From: Planctomycetota bacterium
Lineage (GTDB): Bacteria; Planctomycetota; E44-bin39
DNA length: 64,000 bases
Assembly: GCA_004376375.1 (NCBI GenBank)
Contig: SOJX01000096.1
Coordinates: 20,557-84,556, forward strand
Reading direction: 5' to 3'
The notes beneath the pieces are model-generated. The model saw only the letters and a program-made list of their open reading frames with translations. It was not told the origin of the DNA and ran no database searches. The translations under genes and the position numbers were made by a program. Shown piece by piece: positions 57,204 through 64,000 of the stretch (the first letter of the stretch is position 1; every line of letters begins with the position of its first letter).

Positions 57204-57413
57204 ATGGTGCGCGAATTTCCGTGTAAGGGGTGTCAGAAACCTATCCTGCTCAAAGGTGCGTGGTGCTACAAGTCCAAAGAGCAGATCTGGAAACGCACTG
57301 AAAAAGAAGACGTTATGGACCTCGACCCCGACCACATCAATACGGACTCGCGAACCGACATCACGTTCTACTGCGACGAGTGCCACGAAAAATTCGGCAA
57401 GAAAGACGATTAG
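57204..57413 (+). CDS. Small zinc-ribbon protein (two CxxC pairs)
   Basis: 69 aa with CKGC...CDEC. Confidence 0.4.
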   Translation: MVREFPCKGCQKPILLKGAWCYKSKEQIWKRTEKEDVMDLDPDHINTDSRTDITFYCDECHEKFGKKDD

Positions 57414-57418
57414 CATTA

Positions 57419-57520
57419 GGTCCAGAATACCCGGTACCCGGTACTCGGTACTCGGGACTCGGTACTCGGTACTCGGTACTCGGTACTCGGTACTCGGTAC
57501 TCGGTACTCGGTACTTCTTA
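57419..57520. repeat. (CGGTACT)x11 tandem heptad array ending GGTACTTCTTA
   Basis: Same unit and same terminal motif as the arrays at 44281-44385 and 44560-44650. Confidence 0.8.
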
Positions 57521-57525
57521 ACTGC

Positions 57526-59853
57526 TCACCGCCTCTTTTTCGGCTTCACCGTAACGTTCCTGTACTCCACAATAACCGGATCGTTGATTTCAAGGCTGCC
57601 TTCGGTTACTTTAATAGTTATTTTACTTTTATTCTTCCTGGATACGCCTTCAGCGCCGATTTTCCAGACTTCTGAACCGTCCAGGAAAGCGATATATTTC
57701 CCGCCGTAAAGGCGGACTTCCACTTCAAATTTTTCGAAAGGCGCAAGCTCCCATTTATGCTCCCTCAGTTTCCCGGATTTTGCGCCCGCGATCATCACCC
57801 GGGCATGACCTGCGGCGTCAGCCTTCCAGACAAGGCCGCTGTCGCCCGCCGGCAGTGAAATGCTGAAAGACGCCCCCTGGTCGAGCGCGCACAACGAGGC
57901 TTTGAACCTGTATGCCGGGCCAATCTGTTTCGTGACCGTAAGCGAGCCCTTCCCGTCGCACACCGCACTGGTCGCGGCCTTGATATCCCATTTGCCTTTG
58001 ACGGCAAGGTCTTTTGTGCCGAAATACTGCATGGCCGGTTTGTAGAGGGCGGCGTCCTCCTCCCACTCGTAGACCCATTTGGTCATCAGCGTTCGGGACG
58101 ATTTTTCCTGCAGTTCCGACAAATGCGAGCGCGCGGAATCAAAAGCACCTTTTACAACAAGCCACGCGATCCCCGCCGGCCACCCGTCAATCATCGCACC
58201 CGGATACGCGCCCACGCCGAGGCGCATTATAATTCCCGGCTCGAGCTCGTCCCACCGAACCGTCAGCGTGCGCGACTCGACCCTGATGTCGAACGATTCC
58301 GCGTCGGCGCGGAGAACCTTGCCGGTGAACCTGATGCCGGAAGCGCGCTTCACCTTATATCTTTTTCCAACCAGCAGGTTTATGCCTTCGGCAACGGCGG
58401 CGGCAAAAGTCGGGACGTCGGAAAGCACCCGTGCGCGCTCCCTGGCCATCTCGACGTCCTCGGCCGAGCTATCGGCCGCCTCGTTGGCGAAAGAGCGCAG
58501 CGCGCTGACGGCAGGCTCCAGATTTCCCTGAAGCGCGTCTATCCGCGCCTTTCGGTTTGCAGCCTGTGCGGCCGCGAACTGCTTCATGCGCGGCAGCTTT
58601 GCACCCTCGCGCAGCTTTGCGATATCGCGATACGCACGCTCGACATATTCCGGCAGCCCGAACTTCCCGGCAATTGACTCATAAACCTTGATTGCGCCTT
58701 CCAGGTCGCCCGCGGCGGCACGGTTCCGGCCCGAGGACGCAATCTCCTGGTAGCGACGTTTCGCCTGTTTTTTCAGGTCATTGGAAAGTGCCTGGTACCT
58801 TTTCAGCTCGCCGAACTCCTCTTTTCCCTGCTCGAGCACTTTGAACGCGACACCGAAACTGTCCTCGGCCGCGATTTTCTCAATCGGTTTGTAGAACGAT
58901 TTCCAGCGCTCGTCCAGCTCCGCGTTTCTGATTCTCCGCTTTATGTCCTTCAGAAGTCCGAGCATCCTGGGTGTATGCTTTGTTTTGGGATTCTTTTTCA
59001 GGAAATCCTCTATCTCCGAGCGGATGGCCCGCAACTCCGCCGTGCTCGCCCGACCGGCTTTCAGCGAAATATCATTGGCCACCTTGTTGGCCGCGCGCTG
59101 CCTTATCTTTATTTTCAACTCCTTAATTCTCGAATCGAACTCGGCGGCGTATTCGCTGGTCGGGAACCTGCGACTGTACGTGCGCAATTCCTCCAGGAGC
59201 GCTTCATCGCCGAGATCTTCAACGCCGATCCGCGACATCAGCTCATCGTACGCCAGCTTTGCCTCGTCGACCTTCCCCTCCGGCGCGGAACGCAGGTAAA
59301 CAAACACCGCAACCCCGACTATAATGCCGAGGAGCGCGACGACACCGATCAAGCCGACCAGTGCGCGAATAGGCGCCGCACCTCCGCTTTCCTGAGCCGA
59401 CTCCTCCGGCCGGACATCTGTTTCATCATTAGCGTGCAACCCGCGGGGACGATCGGAAGGCCGTGCAACGCGGGGCGCACGCTCCGGGCGGGAACGGACG
59501 CGTCCCCCGGCGACTTCCGGAAGCTCTTCCCCGTCGGCGCCGGCCAAAATCACATGCTGCCTGTCTCCGGTAATCCTGCGACCGGAGGAATCGTCTCTTC
59601 CGCGGATTGCTTCGACTTCGTGTTTATTGATTTGCTGGTTGGTCGCAAGGGTGCGCTGTATCGCCTCGCCGATAAGTTCTCCCTGCTTTTGAGAAAGTAT
59701 CCCGATCTGGCAGGCGATTGCGAAAAGGGTAAGGTGCTCGCCGTCCTGAAGAAGTTCTTCCTGCTTTTCCCGCAGGTGGTCAAGCACAGACTCGCCCAGA
59801 AGGTTGTGCTCCCGGACGAATTTTACGAAGGCTTTGTCGATTTGTTCATCCAC
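57526..59853 (-). CDS. Large bitopic membrane protein (775 aa), hypothetical
   Basis: Cytoplasmic N-terminal region, one transmembrane helix near aa 170, long helical periplasmic region. TGA stop. Confidence 0.45.
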   Translation of the reverse strand: MDEQIDKAFVKFVREHNLLGESVLDHLREKQEELLQDGEHLTLFAIACQIGILSQKQGELIGEAIQRTLATNQQINKHEVEAIRGRDDSSGRRITGDRQHVILAGADGEELPEVAGGRVRSRPERAPRVARPSDRPRGLHANDETDVRPEESAQESGGAAPIRALVGLIGVVALLGIIVGVAVFVYLRSAPEGKVDEAKLAYDELMSRIGVEDLGDEALLEELRTYSRRFPTSEYAAEFDSRIKELKIKIRQRAANKVANDISLKAGRASTAELRAIRSEIEDFLKKNPKTKHTPRMLGLLKDIKRRIRNAELDERWKSFYKPIEKIAAEDSFGVAFKVLEQGKEEFGELKRYQALSNDLKKQAKRRYQEIASSGRNRAAAGDLEGAIKVYESIAGKFGLPEYVERAYRDIAKLREGAKLPRMKQFAAAQAANRKARIDALQGNLEPAVSALRSFANEAADSSAEDVEMARERARVLSDVPTFAAAVAEGINLLVGKRYKVKRASGIRFTGKVLRADAESFDIRVESRTLTVRWDELEPGIIMRLGVGAYPGAMIDGWPAGIAWLVVKGAFDSARSHLSELQEKSSRTLMTKWVYEWEEDAALYKPAMQYFGTKDLAVKGKWDIKAATSAVCDGKGSLTVTKQIGPAYRFKASLCALDQGASFSISLPAGDSGLVWKADAAGHARVMIAGAKSGKLREHKWELAPFEKFEVEVRLYGGKYIAFLDGSEVWKIGAEGVSRKNKSKITIKVTEGSLEINDPVIVEYRNVTVKPKKRR

Positions 59854-59874
59854 CGGAACCTCGGCTCGGTGGGT

Positions 59875-60147
59875 TTAGCGGATCAACTGCTCCATCAGGC
59901 GGCCAGGTTTGAAAGTAACGACCTTCCTTGGAGGAACGTTTACGATATCCCCGGTGCGGGGGTTGCGGGCGACTCTGCCGTTGCGTTCTTTAACTTTGAA
60001 AACGCCGAAATTGCGAAGCTCGATCTTGCCGGTCTTGACAAGAGTCTCGATTATGGTGTCAAGCATTCCCTGAACGATCTCCTTGACTTCAAGCTGGGTC
60101 AGGCCGTATTTTTCAGCAAGCATTTTCACAATTTCTTTTTTTGTCAT
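59875..60147 (-). CDS. HU/IHF-family nucleoid-associated DNA-binding protein
   Basis: 90 aa. MTKKEIV...RNPRTGD...FKPG signature arm. Confidence 0.85.
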   Translation of the reverse strand: MTKKEIVKMLAEKYGLTQLEVKEIVQGMLDTIIETLVKTGKIELRNFGVFKVKERNGRVARNPRTGDIVNVPPRKVVTFKPGRLMEQLIR

Positions 60148-60421
60148 GATGACTCCCCTATGAAAACCGGATCGCGTAAACCCGGAAAATTTGTAATGAC
60201 TACAGCATAAGCTGCATACCCGATTTTACAACTCGGCAGGCAATTTTCGAAAACCGTTTCTGGAAGGAATAGCCCGCCCCCGCCGGCACTTTGCGGAGCG
60301 CCCGAACTTCTTATATATCCAAGTACGCTTCCGAAGTCAAGAAAAAATATAATCCGGGCAACAGGAATATACGACACCTCCGCGGGAATGCCCGTAAACC
60401 GCCTGATCTTCTTGATTTTCG

Positions 60422-61249
60422 CTATTTTACCCGGAAAGAACCCGTATAGACTTTGAGAGCGCCGCCGCGAACCTGCATCAGCGTAAGGTTGCACGCATCC
60501 GCCGTCTCCACGGCAAGCGAGGTCGGAGCGCCGCGGGACAGCAGAAACGGAACACCGACCCGGAGGCCCTTCAGCACAATATCGAACGACGGGCGGCCCG
60601 ACGTCGAAAGAAGAAGATCGTGCATCGCCGCGCCCGAGAGAACCGCCATTCCGATAACCTTGTCGACCGCGTTGTGGCGGCCGACGTCGTCCGCGAACGC
60701 GATTGAGTCCTCTCCCCGCCACAGTGCGGCCGAATGTACGCCGCGGGTACTGCCGTAAAGCTCCGACATCTTCACGAAGCGCCGCTGGCAATCGATTACC
60801 GCGTCCGCGGCGACCGACGCCATCATGTTTATCTTGAAATCGCAATCGGAAAGATCAATGTGGGATGAAAACGTAATGCCCCGGCCGCACCCGGTGGTAA
60901 ACGACGCGCGGGCCGCCATGTCTTCAAGTCTTTTCTCATCGATCGCGGCGGTGACGCTGACAACCCCCTCCTCCCGGTCCACATCAATGGACGATATCTC
61001 CTCGCGCCTCCTGACAATCGCCTCGGTAAGAAAATAGCCGATCACCATTTCCTCGAGCCGGCCGGGCGAGCACTGTAGCGTCATGAAGTGTTTGCCGTTC
61101 AGGAGGATCCTGACGGGAGCCTCGACTGCAACGGAAGCGCCGGTCTCTTCCTTTTTGCCCGACCGGTAAATGACTATGTTTCTGTCTACCTGCATCTTCC
61201 CGAAAGCCACAAGAAACTCCTGGTCTTGAATGTAAAAAGTTAATAACAA
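60422..61249 (-). CDS. fdhD: FdhD-family sulfurtransferase (formate dehydrogenase accessory protein)
   Basis: Conserved Cys loop ...TGCGRG... and GRHNAVDKVIG block. 275 aa. Confidence 0.7.
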   Translation of the reverse strand: MLLTFYIQDQEFLVAFGKMQVDRNIVIYRSGKKEETGASVAVEAPVRILLNGKHFMTLQCSPGRLEEMVIGYFLTEAIVRRREEISSIDVDREEGVVSVTAAIDEKRLEDMAARASFTTGCGRGITFSSHIDLSDCDFKINMMASVAADAVIDCQRRFVKMSELYGSTRGVHSAALWRGEDSIAFADDVGRHNAVDKVIGMAVLSGAAMHDLLLSTSGRPSFDIVLKGLRVGVPFLLSRGAPTSLAVETADACNLTLMQVRGGALKVYTGSFRVK

Positions 61250-61380
61250 ATAAAATCATCGGCGCGACATTGTATCAGAAGAAACGTATACATTGAAGAA
61301 CAAATTAGCCGGGCGCAAAAGACTTGAAAGGAGCATTTCCTTTTGTTATAAGCTGCAAAAACCGCGGGGAGGCAAAGACG

Positions 61381-63723
61381 ATGATGAATACAAACGTTTT
61401 CAGCCGGAGGATTGCGGTAACTTGCTCATGCATTCTTATCGCGTTCGCCGTTCCTCTATTCGCGTCCCGGGCGATTGCGGGAGAAACGGAAAATAAAAAG
61501 CCGGCGGAAATCCTCCTCGCTGAGGCCGGCAAGTCCGTCTATCGAATCGTCGTCGCGGACGACGCATCGGAGTCCACCATGCACGGCGCACGCGAGCTTC
61601 AAACTTTCCTGAAACAGATTACAGACGCCGATTTTCCGGTTGTTTCCGACAACACATCCCTGAAGCCGCATGAAATCATAATCGGCAACAATTCTCATCT
61701 GGCGCAAATCGGCGTCAAAATCGATTTCGAGAAACTCGGCGACGAAGGATATGTAATAAAAACATCGGGCAACCGCCTCGTTATCGCCGGCGGTTCGCTC
61801 CGGGGGAACCTGTACGGCGTTTACGGGCTTCTGGAAGACCATCTCGGCTGCCGCTGGTTCACGTCGGAAGTGAGCCGTATCCCGAAACGCAGGAAATTAA
61901 CTCTACCTGAAATCGACGAGACCAGAATCCCCGTTTTCGAATACAGGTACCCGTTCGTCACGGAATGCTTCGACCCGGACTGGAGCGCGCACAACCGCAT
62001 GAACGGCTCAAAAAAGCTGACGAAAAAGCACGGCGGTTACGTCAAGCGGTGGCACGACATTTTTGGACACAGTTTCCAGTTCTTTTTGCCGCCGGCGAAA
62101 TATTTCGATAAACACCCCGAGTATTTCGCGCTTGTAAAAGGTAAGCGGCTGAAAGATCATTCGCAGCCCTGCTGCACCAACGAGGACGTGATAAAAATAA
62201 TCAAAGAAGGCGTTCTGAAAGCGCTCCGCACGGATCCGGCCTGCTCCATTGTCCACGTATCCCAGAACGACAATTTCAACCAGTGCAGGTGCGACAAATG
62301 CAAAGCGCTGTCGGCAAAGGAAGGCTCCGACATGGCGCCCGTATTGAAGCTGGTAAACGCTGTCGCGGAAGCGGTCGAAAAAGAATTCCCGAAAATTTCG
62401 GTAATGACCTTCGCCTACCAGTGGACGCGCAAACCGCCGAAAACCATCCGCCCGCGGAAAAACGTGATTATACAGCTCTGCAGCATCGAGTGCTGCTTCG
62501 CCCACCCGCTTGCAGAGTGCAACGACGAGCGGAACCGCGCTTTCGTCAAAGACCTCGAAGCGTGGTCGAAAATCTGTAACCGGCTGTGGATATGGGACTA
62601 CAACACTTCTTTCACCCACTACCTCGTCCCCTTCCCGAACCAGCGCGTCCGCGACGACAACATAAGGCTGTTTCAGAAAAATAACGTTAAAGGCGTTTTC
62701 GAACAGGACTGCTACAACACCAGAGGCGGCGAGCTTGCGGAGCTCGGCGGCTATATCACGGCCAGGCACTTATGGAACCCGGACTACGGCGAAGACCGTG
62801 CGATGAACGAATTCCTCGAAGGCGTTTACGGCAAGGCCGCGCCTTTCATCAGAAAATACATCGACATGCTGCACGACAGGTCTGAAAAGGAAAACATTCA
62901 TAACAATATCTGGATCGGCTTCGACTACCGGCATCTGACTGAAAAGCTCCTCGCCGAAGCGGACAGGCTTTTCGAAAAAGCTGAAGCCGCCGTCGCCGAC
63001 GGCCCCGGCGTTCTCAAGCGGGTGAAAATCGCGCGCATGAGCGTGGACTACGCTATCCTCGAGCGCGCCCGCTTCGGCATATCGAGAAACTACAAAATTG
63101 ACCACGAGAATTTCCGTATAATCCCCGACCCGGTCTGCGTCAGGCGTATCGGGCCTTTCTTTGAAGCAATCAGGCTTTCGGGTTTGACCCGTCTGAGAGA
63201 ATGGAACAGGGCGGATTTCAAGAAATACAGGGAAGGTTTCAAGCACGTCGTCACTGAAAGAAAACTCACGCCTATGGAACCGGTAGATTCGAAAGACCTC
63301 GCTCCCGGCCTGGCTTACGAATACTACGAGGGAAACTGGAGAAAGCTTCCCGATTTTGCGAAGCTCACGCCTCTGAAGTCCGGCATTGCGAACAGCTTCG
63401 ACATCGGGATAACGAAAAAAAAGCAGAACTTCGCCGTGAAGTTTACGGGCTTTATCGAGGTTCCCGCCGACGGGATTTACACGTTCATTACCACATCTTC
63501 AGCCGGTAATAAATTGTATATCGGCAATCAACTCGTCGTGGACAACGACGGTTTTCATCACGCGGCGGAAAGGGTGGGCCTCGCCGCCTTGAAGGCGGGA
63601 AAGCACCCTGTCACCGTAACTTATTACGCAGGCACGATGGACGGCATGCTTGACGTCAGCTACAAAGGCCCGGGTCTGAAGAAACAGAAGATTCCTTCGA
63701 AGGCTCTATTTCACAAAAAGTAA
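61381..63723 (+). CDS. Secreted protein with a DUF4838-like (glycoside-hydrolase-like) region and a C-terminal PA14 domain
   Basis: ATGATG at 61381. Signal peptide. C-terminal 150 aa are PA14-like (GFIEVPADGIYTF...YYAG). Confidence 0.5.
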   Translation: MMNTNVFSRRIAVTCSCILIAFAVPLFASRAIAGETENKKPAEILLAEAGKSVYRIVVADDASESTMHGARELQTFLKQITDADFPVVSDNTSLKPHEIIIGNNSHLAQIGVKIDFEKLGDEGYVIKTSGNRLVIAGGSLRGNLYGVYGLLEDHLGCRWFTSEVSRIPKRRKLTLPEIDETRIPVFEYRYPFVTECFDPDWSAHNRMNGSKKLTKKHGGYVKRWHDIFGHSFQFFLPPAKYFDKHPEYFALVKGKRLKDHSQPCCTNEDVIKIIKEGVLKALRTDPACSIVHVSQNDNFNQCRCDKCKALSAKEGSDMAPVLKLVNAVAEAVEKEFPKISVMTFAYQWTRKPPKTIRPRKNVIIQLCSIECCFAHPLAECNDERNRAFVKDLEAWSKICNRLWIWDYNTSFTHYLVPFPNQRVRDDNIRLFQKNNVKGVFEQDCYNTRGGELAELGGYITARHLWNPDYGEDRAMNEFLEGVYGKAAPFIRKYIDMLHDRSEKENIHNNIWIGFDYRHLTEKLLAEADRLFEKAEAAVADGPGVLKRVKIARMSVDYAILERARFGISRNYKIDHENFRIIPDPVCVRRIGPFFEAIRLSGLTRLREWNRADFKKYREGFKHVVTERKLTPMEPVDSKDLAPGLAYEYYEGNWRKLPDFAKLTPLKSGIANSFDIGITKKKQNFAVKFTGFIEVPADGIYTFITTSSAGNKLYIGNQLVVDNDGFHHAAERVGLAALKAGKHPVTVTYYAGTMDGMLDVSYKGPGLKKQKIPSKALFHKK

Positions 63724-63728
63724 TTCCT

Positions 63729-63998
63729 CTATTCCATGGAAACCGCTTCGGCTGGAACGGTCACGCTGACTTTCTCGCCGGGCAGCAGCTTTATGGAATT
63801 GTATTCATCGGCGCTCAGCACGACGACAAGTTGAACGCCAACGTCTATTGATAATTTAATCGAACTCCCCGCGCTTTCAATTTTCCACACCGTACCGGAC
63901 GGTTTCTCCGTTTCAGGCGTCCTTTCGATTCTTATTTTTTCCGGAGATAAAACAACTTTAATCTTTTCACCGGCAGTTGACTCGACCGGCAAAGGCAC
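63729..63998 (-). CDS. 3' end of a gene encoding a TOBE (molybdate/sulfate transport-associated OB) domain; 5' part lies beyond the window
   Basis: The open frame runs to the window edge. ...VVLSADEYNSIKLLPGEKVSVTVPAE... is TOBE-like. Typically the C-terminus of a ModC-type ABC ATPase. Confidence 0.4.
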   Translation of the reverse strand: MPLPVESTAGEKIKVVLSPEKIRIERTPETEKPSGTVWKIESAGSSIKLSIDVGVQLVVVLSADEYNSIKLLPGEKVSVTVPAEAVSME

Positions 63999-64000
63999 TG

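Noticed and set aside
60144-60845. ORF 60144..60845 (-) overlapping fdhD
   Set aside because: It is an alternative frame of the GC-rich fdhD coding region (Arg/Gly-rich, no motifs). The fdhD frame has the family signature.

Overview
This 64 kb window is a high-GC bacterial chromosomal segment, rich in lipoproteins, and probably from an uncultivated lineage. It encodes about 50 genes. Recognisable housekeeping genes include topA (with six C-terminal zinc ribbons), purF, trxB, a TrpG/PabA-type amidotransferase, HU, fdhD, a ParA ATPase, a BMP-family nucleoside ABC transporter operon and an OmpR/histidine-kinase pair. Two radical SAM enzymes are present, one B12-binding and one SPASM-type. Many secreted proteins and lipoproteins are present: a PKD/beta-helix protein, a HExxH metalloprotease, a vWA/HEAT protein, alpha/beta hydrolases, FN3-repeat lipoproteins with Gly-Thr linkers and a PA14 protein.

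The most unusual content is a family of five paralogous genes, three in tandem at 15.0-18.1 kb and two at 23.7-25.4 kb. Each encodes a signal peptide, then a conserved in-frame UGA, then a Gly/Pro-rich linker and a thioredoxin-fold domain that lacks the CxxC motif. A conserved GC hairpin lies about 18 nt after the UGA in four of the five copies, and the UGA sits in a C-U-G or G-C-U-G context in four of the five. This fits an undescribed selenoprotein family, or some other programmed UGA recoding. The window also uses TGA as an ordinary stop elsewhere, which argues against genome-wide reassignment.

Other non-standard structure includes a roughly 0.8 kb AT-rich island bounded by perfect 18-bp (about 35-bp imperfect) inverted repeats and carrying one HEAT-like ORF. 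A REP-like palindromic element family is present. There is a striking set of intergenic palindromes built from tandem heptanucleotide repeats, with a different heptamer at each locus. A 31-codon arginine-rich ORF sits between two such arrays. Near-consensus sigma70 promoters are visible despite the high GC. No rRNA, tRNA or CRISPR was recognised.
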